From Haliotis cracherodii (lineage: Eukaryota): a DNA stretch of 64,000 nt. Every line of letters begins with the position of its first letter. Position 1 is the stretch's first letter. Below, one piece after another: positions 23,975 to 38,012 of the stretch. Below the pieces are notes generated by a model. It did no database searches. It was not told the DNA's origin and saw only the letters and a list, made by a program, of their open reading frames with translations. A program made the translations under genes and the position numbers. The DNA is taken from the NCBI RefSeq assembly GCF_022045235.1, contig NW_027266272.1, forward strand, positions 4,340,001 through 4,404,000. The letters are read 5' to 3'.

Positions 23975-26123
23975 TTACATCTCTCTAAACAGCAAAGACA
24001 GGACCCAGACTGGCAAGTTACCAAAGATGTTGTTGTTGTTATTGTTGTTGTTGTTGTTGTTGATGATAGGGAATATAGCTGAAACAGTAGGACATTCATA
24101 GTTAGCATACGAATCATACAATGTCATCGAGTTGCAAGTTTATGTGTTTTGTTAGTGGATATGTTGGGTTTGGCGCCTCTTTAAGCAATATTCCAACACT
24201 ATCGCGGCCTTGGACTCAGTTTGGGCAGAACACATAGCACCGATGTGGGGGATCGAACCTGTCTTTTGGCGTGACGAGCCATCGCTTCAACAACTAGGCT
24301 GCCCAATAACCGCTCTATGTAAAATGAAATTAAATGTGTATGTACGACTCCTGTCCGTTAGAATCATCTGAGGAAAAGAGATCGGGTCGCTTAGTATTTT
24401 CTGTCAGCCACTACCCCTACCCACCAATATATCCTTACAGTGAAACCCTGGTAGAATTTCTGGATTTCGAATTTCCTTGAGTCGGGATTAACCATGTTTA
24501 CTGCAAGTCACTTACGTCGCACGCAGGTCTTTCCGTCGGGGTAGTGCGGCACGAAGCCCGGGTAGCAGTTGCACTTGTAGTCGCCGTACATGTTGTAGCA
24601 GTAGCCGTTTCTGCACAAGGCGGCGCTGGTGTAGTTACACTCGTTGATGTCTGGAAGAGAAACATAACAATTATACGACTGGATAACTGAAAATGAGTGA
24701 TGACACCAGGTGTTCTCGAAAAGGATAAAATGTTCTACTCTGATAATTCTCTTTCCCTGACGACCGCCTCCGTGGTCTAGTGGTAGAGCGTCCGTCCGGA
24801 GAGCGAAGGTCCGGAGTTCGATCCCCGGCCGCGTAATATCAAAAGACGTTAAAAGATGGTACCTGTTATTACCCTGTCTGGCGCTCGGCATTAAGAGGCT
24901 AAAACAAGGACTGGTCGGCTCGGAGTCACTATACTGTGTCTGATTGGGGTATTCATGTTAAACTGCGGCATGGTATCTCAGTGGGCTAGCACTATAAATC
25001 GGCATCAGTCCGGTCTAGTACAAGCAGCCACACAAACACACACGTGCATGCACGTCGCTATATAAGTGCAATAATCTTGGAGGCGACGTAAAACCCCATT
25101 TCACCTCACCTCACTCTTTCCCTGACATTTCATATTTCCGCCCCAGTTAGCAATATTCCAATTAATTCACGGCAATGAATAAAAACTGGAGATTAGACAA
25201 CGCAGAAAGGTGTCTGTCAGCAGTTTGGGTACAATGACACGCTCCAAGGTCACCTGGTATGACGACCCGAGTGACCTCTTAAACAACTGGAGTTGGAAAC
25301 TTTCTGAATATTAGGATCATTGTTACTGACCTATGCATTCGAATGTCTGGAAGCTGAGTTCGAATCCTTGGTAGCAGACGCAGGTGGACGCCGTCCCAGC
25401 AGCATTGTCGATACATTTGCCTCCGAACCCACATCCAGAGATGGTGCAGTTGGTGGGAGCTGAGGATGGCAACATCATACAGTGACACGGATGTACTTAC
25501 TGATCATTTCTAATACTGCTGACACCAACATAACCTGATGTATAGTTCCAGTTTTGTCGACAAGGACTCGTTTCTTTCAAATATCGAGATAAAGAAACAC
25601 AGTTGTAATTCACATCTACAGTTTTATACATAGCCACTATTTTTATGCCGCGTCTGCAACAGACGTTCATGTAGTTACTCATTGTACAAAAGTTCCATTA
25701 TTTTGCAAAATACAGAAGCATAATTAAGTTCCCACAAACTGGAGTTCAAACTAAACAAGTTGCAAAGTATATCATTGTATGACAGTAACTTATATACATA
25801 TAGCAGAATACAGAAGCAGGAGTTTCTAAAATTAAATTGTTATATCCATATAAGTTACAACAAATCTTCAGGTTCTATTCCATATTTAAAAAGTAATGTA
25901 TTCATTGTATGACAGTGTCTTTCTAACGCCGCGTCTGGACCAGGGAATCCAGTTATTGAACTTAACATTAAACGAATTGCAAAGTATACGATTGTTTAAC
26001 AGTAACTTATCTACATAACGAGTCTTTAACGGTTTCCAGTACCTGATGCTTGAAACACTTACTTGCAGCAGAGGCTGAACCAGTGATGGCGAAGATGACA
26101 CAGGCAGCTACAATGACGACCAT
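23975..26123 (-). CDS. Secreted double-EGF protein, copy 3 (142 aa)
   Basis: Exons (minus) 26123-26063, 25459-25331, 24650-24516, 24078-23975. EGF2 is DINECNYTSAALCRNGYCYNMYGDYKCNCYPGFVPHYPDGKTCVR. Tail PIFPII(N)11IFGNLPVWVLSLLFREM. Confidence 0.88.
24762..25113 (+). mobile_element. Full-length tRNA-derived SINE (Meta/MESC-like core) in intron 2 of EGF copy 3
   Basis: A box TGGTCTAGTGG, B box GAGTTCGATCC, core AAAGACGTTAAAAGATGGTACCTG..TGGCGCTCGGCATTAAG, (CACCT)n tail. 13-bp TSD CTCTTTCCCTGAC (24749-24761 / 25114-25126). Empty site in copy 2 at ~13172-13184. Superfamily name is from recall. Confidence 0.9.
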
Positions 26124-27795
26124 TGTGTCGGATGCTAAAGAACTGAACAGCTGAGGTGTATTGGACGAGAATACTTGGCAAGGCATAGTGGCATGCTTTT
26201 ATACCAAACCCCACGATGCAAATGGCACAGCGTTAAAAACAATCCCATAGGTTCGCGACGTTAAATTGACGTTTATGGACTTTTTTAACCGCTAACATAG
26301 GGTAGACTTTGGGTATATGTCACCTTGTACATTAAAAGTATGTTGGGGTCGGGTTAAAAGAGATCGTGATAAGTTCATCGTCTCCGAGGTCATTTGCCAC
26401 GCCAATGTCACAGTGGTTGACCTGTGCGTGTGACATTGTTTATTTTCACTGTGTTCAGTGTTGCGTGGCGGGCTGGTGAGTGAGTGAGTAAGTGAGTGAG
26501 AATATATTCTCCAAGCCAAATCATTGTTGGTGTTGCACCCACAATAGGTCTATTCCGCTAATTTATTTTTCAAAGGTTGATTAAGTGCCCAAACTGATCC
26601 TCAACGAACTGAGTAGCCTGTGTAAATGTGGTTAAGCGCAGTCTTCACAATATTCAAGTAATATCATTATGTTTGTCAATATAATCAATGAGATTAGATT
26701 TGTTTGTTTGCTTGATGTCTGACGCCACACTCAGCAGAAATCCAGCTATATGACAACGGCCTGTAAACAATCGAATCTGGACCAGACACCCCGTGCATGT
26801 AGTGGTTTTTTTTTTTGGTTTGATCATAATAGGATAAGTTATATCTATAAAGTAAATTATTATAAGCCGTCAGTACTGACATAAACTGAACGGCAAAAGA
26901 AAGTTAACACTTATGTCTGATTGTGGCTATTAATGAAATGATGTTTTTGATAGGGTAATCGCAATTGTGTTTGGGACCATACATGTATAAATTCTAAACA
27001 TGTTTAGATTATGGGGATGTTGTGTTTAGGTGGTAGCTCATTTCATGTGTTTAGACCCTAAATGTGTTAGATAGAACAAAATCAAATGTGTTTTCCGTTT
27101 AGGACGTAAACATGTCTTGTAAGCGTTAACATTCTATACACATTATTACAGGGTACAATGCGATATAAAATAGCTGTAACGATGTGTTAAGCAATAAGTT
27201 AAAATCAAAACAAATAAACTCCACCCAAACATTTTTTGTGTAAGATATCAAATATCTACTGTGAAATACAAGTGTTGTTTGCAGCGACTACGGTATCGAT
27301 ATTGTTCCCTAATTGCATTTAAAAGATATACCTTCTAGTTGAAATAGAGTATTATTATGAGGGTTGATTTGACATGATATAAATAGGTTTTATTTACACA
27401 GAGTATGAAGGATTTGGTAAACTTATGGCAACGGTCCGTATTTCTCATGTGGGTCCAACCGCAGGCATCATAGACTTGTAGGATACACATTTGTCCTCAA
27501 TGAGGGGGTCGGCTGAGGACAACGTCTGACGCTGAGGATGAACTCTTCACACATACACACGCCATTAAAACAACCTTTTTTGTCTCATAAATATGTGCCA
27601 TCATAAAGAGATTATCACCAGACACCTTGTCATCGTGACCTTGACATACACCCTGAATGTCATTTGCATCAAAAGCTACAAAGGACTGGATGTTGAGGTG
27701 GAATCTCTATAAATATAAAGGAAGGCTGCTTCTTTCCATTAACCATCCTGACTCTCACACAGAACGGTTCTGCTCGCAACTTTCTTGCTTCAACC

Positions 27796-29451
27796 ATGAA
27801 TTCTTCAGTTTTGATTGTTGTCCTTGTCGCCGTCTTTGCCGCAACAGCGTCAGCTCAAGGTAAATATATATTAGCATTTAAGTTGTATTATTAATAGGTG
27901 TAAAATGCATGGAAATGTGTACTGCATTCTGATTGGGGAAGAACTGTTGGATATTATAAATCTTTCGAACTTTTCAGAGCGTATGAATATTTTTTCTTGA
28001 GGCGTTTATATTTTCTGAATCCCATTTTTGAAAGAAAACGCTTCATTCGGTTTGCCACAATGGGTACCACACTGATAAATATGGTTGAACAATAATTGTA
28101 AGAAGAACTTCGATTTTAGTTGCCTTTGTCCACATTCTTCTGTCAGACGGGTTATAAGAGAACCATTATGATGTTGTCCATTTTATCGTATTATTTTATT
28201 ACGTATGACTGTTTTACTTTACAATGTCCATAATTATGGAGTGTTAAATGCATCGAATACTGAGTGAGTGAGTTGGGGTTAACGCCGCTTTTAACAATAT
28301 TCCAGTTATATCACGGCGTGTCAGCTTAATGTGGGAGGAAAGCCCGAAGTGATGCAGGTCATGTGGTACTGACAGGTGTTTCTGTATGGCTGTTTCTGTC
28401 AATTACGTCAAGTGGTTCCTGTTTAACCTAGGACATTGCGGTGGCAGAGTGATATCAGGTCCTTCCACGTCCAGTTCCGGGTTCAAATCTCCCATTATGA
28501 TCCCTGGTCTATCGTCACAATACCAGTGTTGTGGATTTAATCAAGGACTAAAACGTCTCCAGCTGACATGACATTGAGTTTTCCTCACACTCATCCTGCT
28601 GTGATTTATCTGAATTTCCAAACAACGTTAAACCATACCACTCACTCACTGACTGAACTTCTGTTACAGGACTTGGAGCACTGCTGGCCTTGAGTGGAGG
28701 TTTGGGTGGTGCGGGTAGCCCGTTTGGTGGCGCAGGTGGACCAGGTGGCGCTGGCGGTATGGGAGGAATGTTTGGCAATTCAGGTAATCATAGGGGTTGT
28801 ACATAAAAGCAATAGAACGAATCTCAAAGACAGGAAGAGCTGAAGTAACACATGACAATATAATTTTTTTTCTGTACATGGCGCCTAACACAGCAAAACT
28901 AACAACTTGTGTTTAGTATACAATGGCACTACAATGAGCACGATACTGAAAACCTCGTTTTAAGATTAAGCCGAGCTTGGATTGTGCGCTCGATGACGAC
29001 CTCTAAATTTAGCAGTTACATTTACAGGAGTACTGCATGGAAGAACAGTACAGCTCCTATCACATCGATGGGCGTGATATATTCATCTAGAAAAAGTACT
29101 TCCCCACCCCTTCATTATTTTTATATATCGAGAACTTGCAACTATCCATCCAGGACATTAACTTTATTTCGAGAAATGGCTAAGTTACCTGCTGCGAGGT
29201 CACATCAGTGACTTCCAAGAGAGAAATCAATTGAAAAGAGTCTCGACAATGCTACGATCAGGTCGTTAGCTCGTCGCCTTCGCTTTCTATATGTGTATTT
29301 CACATTGTACTAAGAAAAAACAAATAATTTTCGTGACAAAAATGTACAGGATATATTTTAACGTATCGTGTTCACTTTGTATCTGACAGGTCTCAGCCAA
29401 CAGCTGCTTCAATGCCGACTCCTGAGCCGAATCTTCCCGATGGAAATGTGA
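27796..29451 (+). CDS. Small secreted glycine-rich protein, copy B (79 aa)
   Basis: Exons 27796-27859, 28670-28783, 29390-29451. One GGA triplet fewer than copy A. Splice sites intact. Confidence 0.88.
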
Positions 29452-30534
29452 AGGTGTCCGTGGGAATTCTGGAAATACTGCAATGGCAATCATTCATCAT
29501 AAATTGTCAAACATATAAAATTGATTAATCATTTATCAATAAACAAGGTATTCGAGAACAACTGGTGTGTTTGCTCTTTATTCTCTTTTATTGGGAGTAC
29601 AGGTTAGAAGTGATTCCCAACAACTATGCTTGCCGTACGAGGCGACTCAATAGATCGGGTGGTCTGGCTCCATGGCTTGGTAGACTGCGTATCTTGGAAA
29701 ACCGACGGCGTGAATGTTGTTCATTGTATCTGGTCTGGTTCAGTTCTTCAGCTTAATGTGGGAGGAAAGGCTAAACTGACACACGACTTTGACGTTTATC
29801 GTTGTGTCAAACCAACAAGCATGTGTAAGGTGCTGACAAAACCATGGAACATAATCAGGGCGAATCTGGTACTTGTACCTGCGATCATCGGACACCAGCA
29901 GACATGGAACACACTCAACATCAGTGACGTGTAGTGCTTTAAAAATCTGAGCCACCCTTGCTCCGGTCTCCAGTAGAACACATCATAGTCTTGCTGTCCA
30001 ACTTGAGTCCAACAAGTGGTCACCAGTCTTACCCATGTCCGAAATAATATGATAAAATAATATTGCCGAAATACAAAAAAATAACATTCAACAGTTACTA
30101 AACAATGTTACATAAACACACACTGCATTTTAAGCATGACCCATGCACCTAACTGTGTACTGCTTGTAGTGAAAGTAGTAACTTGTCCATATTTTGAACC
30201 ATCTCGTCGCCTGATCGTCCGGTAATATTAATACTTAATGTAAATATTTTCAGGGTTTAGTACGGAATCACTCTTAGCAACTAGCATTGTTACTTTGAAG
30301 CAATGTACGTTTAGGATTTACAGAAAAGTAGCGAAAAGAAAGGTAATCCTGTGACTCAAGATATCACATTCAAGAAATGTTTATATTTGCATGGTACCTT
30401 CAAGGAGGCATTGGTGAAATACTTTCCTATATACAGATTTGAACAGTTCCGGTAAAGTTGCGTCCATCATATACTAGAGACACCCAGAAGTTTAAAGGTA
30501 GTGTTATGTTCAGTGCCACTGTAACTACACAAAG

Positions 30535-31310
30535 TATATTTCGGGTATCAAATATAACTCAGTACTCTGATCCTGACTACCAATCGGAATCAGTCTTGTA
30601 TATTTCGGGTATCAAATATCCCCGTTACTCTAATCCTGACTGCCAGTCAGAATGAATCTTGTATATTTCGGGTATCAGATATCCTCGTTACTCTTATCCT
30701 TACTGCCAGTCGAAATCAATCTTGTATATTTCGGGTATCAAATATCCCCGTTACACTTATCCTGACTGCCAGTCAGAATGAATCTTGTATATTTCGGGTA
30801 TCAAATATCCCCGTTACTCTTATCCTTACTGCCAGTCGAAATCAATCTTGTATATTTCGGGTATCAAATATCCCCGTTACACTTATCCTGACTGCCAGTC
30901 CTAATCAATCTTGTATATTTCGGGTATCAAATGCCACCCGCTACTCTTATCCTGACTGCCAGTCCTAATCAATCTTGTATATTTCGGGTATCAAATGCCA
31001 CCCGTTACTCTTATCCTGACTGCCAGTCCTAATCAATCTTGTATATTTCGGGTATCAAATATCAGGGTTACACTTATCCTGACTGCTAGTCAAAATGAAT
31101 CCTGTATATTTCGGGTATCAAATACCACCCGTTACTCTGATCCTGGCTGCCTGTCGTGATCAATCAGGTATATTTCGGGCATCAAATACCACCCGTTACT
31201 TTGATCCTGACTGCCAGTCGTGATCAATCAGGAATATTTCGGGTATCAAATACCACCCGTTACTTTGATCCTGACTGCCAGTCGTAATAAATCATGTATA
31301 TTTCGGGTAG
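30535..31310. repeat. 63-64-bp minisatellite (~12 units) downstream of gene B
   Basis: Same unit and same flanks as 19420-19815. Confidence 0.95.
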
Positions 31311-31861
31311 CCGATCCGTTATAGCAGTCGTGTATCATTTTGGATTTCATTGCGAACTTGGAAAAAACGAGTAAAACACGTTTCTGTTGCCCCCGTCCTG
31401 ATATTTTATTATTGCTAAAAGCAGCGTAAAACTGTACTCACAATGAGTTATTAACGCTATGTCACATTTTCAATAAATATGGGGGCGAACTTTTTAATAT
31501 TCACAATGTGGATAAGCGTGATATTCACATATTTATGTGAACAGCACACACTGATTGTTTAACCGTAAATAAAGCTTACGTAATGCCACGGTTTTCCGTG
31601 GGTGTGTTGCAGGTATACCGACATTTGGTTGAATTTCTTTCGTTGTATTGACATCGATCTGAGCGTCCCACCGTTTTTGCATAAAATGTCGTATATATGT
31701 TTTGATATATCAAAAACGTGAGACTGTGGCTGGAGAAGCCTCGGCTGCAGCAGCAGCTTTACAGAGACCTGCAAATAGAAGATGGGGATGGGAAAGTTAA
31801 CAAACACACATTATTAAGTGTTTCGGGAATGTTTGCAGTGATTGGTTGAGAAGGTCTTAGA

Positions 31862-32142
31862 GTGAGTGAGTGAGTTTGGTTTAACACCGCTTTTAACAGT
31901 ATTCCAGTTATATCACGGCGTGTTAGCTTAATGTGGGAGGAAAGCCCGAAGTGATGCAGGTCTCAGACGTTTACCACTTCGGTGAAACCCACGAGCACGG
32001 GTATGGTGCTGACAAACCTAGAAACATAATCGGGGCGAACTGGGATTCGAACCCACAATCATAGGTTTCTGGCGTGTCCAAGGGACGCCACTCTGCACAG
32101 CGAATCGCGGCGCCTAAGACGACTGGGCAACCCGTGCCCCCC
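31862..32142 (-). mobile_element. tRNA-Leu-derived SINE (family 2), full length
   Basis: Near-identical to 16590-16866. TSD AGAAG(G/A)TCTTAGA at 31849-31861 / 32143-32155. Empty site in the paralogous flank near 46745. Confidence 0.88.
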
Positions 32143-33864
32143 AGAAGATCTTAGAACCCACAAAACTAATTTAACTCTTTCAAAACGACACATAGGACAA
32201 TTTAGGCATACGGACGGTGTTTTACACTATCTTTTGATCTAATACCTCCAGTGATGAACACTGGTGAAGACTGAAGACTGTGAGCTTGATATTTTATATG
32301 TCTTTTATGACTGACGAGTAACTCATGAGCTTGGTGTGGGAGGAAAGCCTGAATTGGTGCAAGTCTTAGACATTTACCACTTTTGTGAAATACTCGAGCA
32401 CGGGTATCTTGGCGACAAACGTACACGTAAAACGAAGACGCCTTTAGGATTTGAACCCACGGTCAAACGTTTCTTGCACGCCCGTAAGGTATCAACCCGT
32501 CCCCCTAGGTCTGATAAAGTCACTATTGAATGATTGAATTTCATCTACTGCAACCTTTAATTCATTGTAAATCGCACCGTATCCGTGGGTTTGTGGATAG
32601 AGGGTCTGCCTGCAGAGCAGAAGGTCTGTGGTTCGATTCACGTCGTGTAATAATAGTGAATGCGACGTTAAACCCCATTTCAGCCCTCCTCACATCACGA
32701 ATGAAAATAACCTTTCGGGTCATATTGAAGTCAACATTACTGACAGGTGACATTCCACAATGGTTGTTTTATTTCCTCTCCGTGAAATATATGACACAAA
32801 GAAACCCGGATTTGTTTATTCCCAATATGCACCTATAATATGTTGACAGTAAATATCTGCCATAGGTCATCCGACGTTTACGTGATCATGACATGCCCCT
32901 TCTTCAAGGACAGTCCTCTCCGCACTGACCCACACGGACACGCTTTTGATAACCATGTTTGACATTCATCACGTCTCCATGTTGCTGTCAAGGACGTGTT
33001 GGGAACATCAGTAACTGTCACCGTCATTCGTCGAACTACTAGATCGTTATTACAGATGAGAACATATTTATTATTATGTGCGTCTGATTGTATGTGAAGA
33101 TTTCCCCGTGTTTTGGCAGATTTAGCTGTTGGTGAAACATTTTATTCGGTTATGAAGTAATTGGCCACATCTCAATCTGAGGTACACAGAGATTGTTCAA
33201 GTCTCGCTGGATGTTAACTATTTCAGTTTGAGAGTTTGACATAACAAATTTATGCTCTCACCAGTCACCAGCAGGTCAGTAGATAAGCCCACATGTCAAC
33301 ACCACGTGTGTGCTTGTCACACCTTTAGAAATATCATTGCATGAAGTTGCCTGGTTCTGCTTAAGTGTTATGTTGGAATGTTTAATACATCGCCAACTCA
33401 TTTATTTTCAAATGTGACATAGCGTAGATAATTGATTGTGAGTATAGTTTCAGCAATAATTTAGTAATATCACGGCGGGTGATACCAGATATGGGTTTCT
33501 CTATTTGATAGTGATTCATAAATACATGCTTATAGTCCTGCGCCATATTTACTAAAAGCCTAGGCAAGTCTAGATCAAACTATACCAAGTCTAGTTTCCT
33601 TGATTCCACAAGCAATCAGCAGAAGAGGAAAGGTTCTTTCAAAAAAAATATAATTATTATTTCAAACAAATGTTTTCATTGACTAAGTGTTTGTCTTCCA
33701 TGCTTATTGCATAGTTTGTATCGTATTTATTTATACTAGTAGTGAAATGGTTTTGTCGCTATTATTTTATTCATCCATTGTTTCCATATTCGGTGCGAAA
33801 CGCAAAATGCTTTAACCACTGCCCACTGCTCTACATGCTGTAAATATTTTATGTAGAAGATACA

Positions 33865-34118
33865 CATGATGAATTACGGCTTGCGGCCAGGATAAGAGTA
33901 ACGGGTGTTATTTGATACCCGAGATACATATGATGAATTACGGCTTGCGGCCAGGATAAGCGTAACGGGTATTATTTGATACCCGAGACATACATCACGA
34001 ATTACGGCTTGCGGCCAGGATAAGAGTAACGGGTATTATTTGATACCCGAGATATACATCACGAATTACGGCTTGCGGCCAGGATAAGAGTAACGGGTGT
34101 TATTTGATACCCGAGATA
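33865..34118. repeat. Divergent 64-bp variant of the minisatellite (4 units)
   Basis: CCAGGATAAG recurs at 33887, 33951, 34015, 34079. The variant segment GAATTACGGCTTGCGG is homogenised across the units. Confidence 0.92.
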
Positions 34119-35733
34119 CACTAAGTGTATATACAATGTCACTGAACATATCTGCTTTTAGATTTGTGGGTGTTTCTAATATTTGATGGCCACAACTTTG
34201 TTATAATTCCAACAAGCTGTTAGGAAGGCATCAACCAAGACTGACTTTTTCAGGCCATTGTACAAGCATTAATTAAATTAATATTCTGAGTCTACGGTTT
34301 ACCGTTAACATTCGCCACCCTTAGCTATAGCCCTGCCTTCGAACGTCCTTGACGTCAATTATTCAAACATTGCTAGTTTTAGAACGATTCCCTATTAAAC
34401 ATTGGAGCAATTACATTTAGTTACGTTATTATCGGACGATCAGGCGACCAGATGCATTAGAATCTAGAAAAGCTACAACTCTCCCCACATGAAATACACA
34501 GTTACGTGCATGCGTTTTTACAATGAACCAGCGTGTGGGTATGTAGCACTGGTTTTAGTACCTGTCACATGTTTTGTATTAACTTCCGACATGGGGAAGC
34601 CACGTGACTATTGGTTTGACTTAAGTTGGACAGTAAGACTGTGGTGTGTTCTTGTGGAGACGGGAGCACGGGCGATTAGTGGTTACCATTCTGTGACAGA
34701 ATTGAAGTACTGAAATACTTGAAGCTCTGTGCATGAATGTGTCCCGTAGGCGTGTCAGTAACTAACGATTGTGGGTTCGAATCCCGGATTCGCTCTGATA
34801 ATGTTTCATTTCCGACAGCATGGGGTTGTGACGGTTACCCTTCTAGCGCCTGACAAGACGGTTTGACTTTTATACTCCCCAGGAAGCTGAGAATGAAAAT
34901 CAAGTGCACATTGATCCATTGACCGGGTAATAATGTCAGGGCATGAACCTTGTGTATGGAGTCAATATAAGTGAACACATTATTTATTTATTTTAAATTT
35001 CTTGGTTTCTCAGAACCTTACGTGCTTGTAGGTTTCGCCAGAACGGTGAACGTCACAAAGACATGCATCAGTTTAGCCTCCATTCTTCAGTGTATAGTAA
35101 CTGTTGAATGTTAATGTCTTTGTATTTCGGCAATATTATTAATTGTATTTTTTCGGACATGGGTCAGCCGTGTGATCACTTGTGGGACAGCAAGATCATG
35201 GTCTGTTCTTGTGGAGACCGGAGCAAGGGTGGTCCAGGGGTTTAAAGCACTACACGTCACTGATGTTGAGTGTGTTCCATGTCAGCCGGTGTCCGATGAT
35301 CGCAGGTACAAGTACCAGATTCGTCCTGATTATGTTCCATGGTTTTGTCAGCACCTTACACGTGCTTGTTGGTTTGACAAAACGATAAACGTCAAAGTCG
35401 TGTGTCAGTTTAGCCTTTCCTCCCACATTATGCTGAAGAACTGAACCAGACCAGATACAATGAACAACATTCACGCCATCGGTTTTCCAAGACAAGAAGC
35501 CTGCCAAGTCATGGAGCCTGACTACCAGATGTGTTTAGTCGCCTCGTACGGCAAGCATAGTTGTTGGGAATCAATTCTATCCTGTACTCCCCACCTACAG
35601 AGAATAAGGAGCAAACACATCAGTTGTTAACGTATACCTTGTTTATTGATAAATAATTAATGCACTTTCACATTTTCGGCAATTTATGATGGATAATTGC
35701 TTCTGGAGTATTTCCAGAAAATCCACGGACCCT

Positions 35734-38012
35734 TCACATTTCCATCGGGAAGATTCGGCTCAGGAGTCGGCATTGCATCAGCTGTCGGCCGAGACCTGTC
35801 AAACGCAGAGTGAGGTAAGTTAGATAGGACCCTTCAAAGCGCAGACACACTACATGATACAGATGGCATGTTGGAGGAAAGGTAATACTACCCTGTATTT
35901 TGTGTAAATAATGGTTTATTTAAGGACCATTGCAATATAAAAAATATCTCTTTGTAATATGATGTAGAATATTAAATTAATTCATATGAAACAAGGTTGT
36001 TCGAATGCCTATGAGGAGTGGGTGTAGCCATTAGACAGCTGGGAAGAAGTCATATATTATTGTTTAAAACCATGTATTTACTTCCTGACGTAAAGTATGA
36101 AGTAACATACCGATATTGAAATCTAGAAGTCGAATTCGATTTTATAACATGTTTTAGAGCTGTTTCATAGCAACAGTTATTTTATCCTGTCTCAGTTGCT
36201 TCCTCTGCCACATGTGATATGACCTAGTAGCAGGTACTGGTGGTAAGACAGTTCTTGGAATGAAGTTAATGTTATGAGTGGATATTTCCAAGTTCTCGGA
36301 AAATGAAAGTAAAGACTGGATGGGAAACTACTTTTATCAAAATACATTTATCCCCCCGGTCGATATTAGATAGAAGCTGTCCTATTCGTTCTTGCGATAA
36401 TATAATAACTTTATTTAGAGGTAGTCATCAAGCGTTAATTCCATTTGCTGCTTAATCCTAAATCAAAGTTTACCGTATTGTGCTTTGTTTAACGCCATTG
36501 TACTTTGTTAAACACAGTTTGATTTGTAAAGGTGTCAGGTACAGAAAAGGAATTCCATTCTGACGTATGTAGGTGTTTCTTGAGTTCTTCAAGCCTTTGG
36601 GCATCGCTATATTGCTTCCATTAAGAACCCTCATAAGTACCTGAATTGCCCAACAGTCCTCCCATCCCGCCAGCGCCACCTGCGCCACCAAACGGGCTAC
36701 CCGCACCACCCAAACCTCCACTCAAGGCCAGCAGTGCTCCAAGTCCTGAAACAGATGGGAGAAGTTCATGCAGTGAGAGAGTGGTATTGGTTAAAGTTAT
36801 TTTGAAATTCAGCAGCAGGATGTGTGTGAGGAAAACTCTATGTCATGTCAGCTGGAGACGTTTTAGCCCTTGATTAAATCCACACTAGTACTGTTACGAC
36901 AGACCAAGGATCATAATGGGAGTTTTGAACCCGGACATGGCAGGGAAGGACCTAATACCACTCTGCCACCAAAGGCAGGAACTATTTGAAATAACTTAAA
37001 GCATTTCCCGATTATATCACTTGCGTAACAGAGTGATAGAAACACCAGCCATTACAACAGGGTTTGTAAAATACTGTTTCTGGCACCCGTTGTTCTAAAA
37101 CATTGATACATTTTCGACACTAAGTTCCATGAATTATCGGGAACATAAAATGCATGTACAGGGATTGAGAAAAAAGTATTCACACGCAGTCCAATGTCCA
37201 AAAGATTTCATATTTTTTCCAACAATCACATTGCTGTCACACTCCTATGCATGTTACAGTTATTAGTAATGCAATCTGAAACACTGGTACATATTTACCT
37301 TGAGCTGACGCTGTTGCAGCAAAAACAGGAACTACTTGACATAATTGACAGAAACAGCCATACAGAAACACCAGCCAGTACCACATGGTTAATTACGTCA
37401 TAGTTAACATGAGTGAGTGAGTTAAAATTTATAGTCATATCAGCAGTATTTCAGCTGTGCTAGGACTCGTCAATATGATATACATGTAATGTAGCGTGTG
37501 TGAGTGTGGTTAAATGCTCCTTTCACATATCTTAAACTTTACAAGTCACTGACATTGAAAATTAGGAGATAAACATTATGCATGAATACTCAATGAAACC
37601 CGCAAATCTAAACACATTCTGTTTATTGGGGCATTGTAAAATACAAAAGTTATCAGTATTTTTCCCTAGCGTCCCTCCCTACGTGAACTGTCGCAGTTCA
37701 ATGACGTCACTCTGCAATGGTTTGGCGTCATGATAAATGAATTTCATGTGCTTCTGTTTATCTACATCGAAGTTCTTCTTACAAATATTAATTAAACTTA
37801 ATGTAGCATTAGTGTGGTATTGTACCAAACAGAATGGTACGTTGTCGTTGAAAAAGGTTACGCATCAAGAATAAGTATTCATACGCAATGACATTGCAGC
37901 ACACACTCCCATGCATTTTACAGCCCTTAAATGCTAATATATATTTACCTTGAGCTGACGCTGTTGCAGCAAAGACGGCGACAAGGACAACAATCAAAAC
38001 TGAAGAATTCAT
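35734..38012 (-). CDS. Small secreted glycine-rich protein, copy C (76 aa; chimeric, divergent 3' half)
   Basis: Exons (minus) 38012-37949, 36745-36641, 35795-35734. Protein after the signal peptide: GLGALLALSGGLGGAGSPFGGAGGAGGMGGLLGNS-GLGRQLMQCRLLSRIFPMEM. Intron 2 is strongly diverged from the other copies while the exons are conserved. Confidence 0.8.
37299..37323 (-). pseudogene. Orphan 3' fragment of Gly-rich gene exon 1
   Basis: TTTGCTGCAACAGCGTCAGCTCAAG followed by the donor GTAAAT, located inside intron 1 of copy C. Confidence 0.8.

Larger units (their letters stand above)
10460..31795. repeat. Direct segmental duplication: ~10460-20310 versus ~22737-31795 (EGF gene plus Gly-rich gene plus flanks)
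   Basis: Colinear, high-identity sequence throughout, differing mainly by TE insertions/deletions and minisatellite length. In addition, ~4070-7590 is an inverted paralogue of ~11290-14860. Confidence 0.92.

Noticed and set aside
24762-24835. Functional tRNA gene (also at 12282-12355, 16780-16866 and 42440-42510)
   Set aside because: Acceptor and anticodon stems are imperfect, and each continues into a SINE or LTR body bounded by TSDs.
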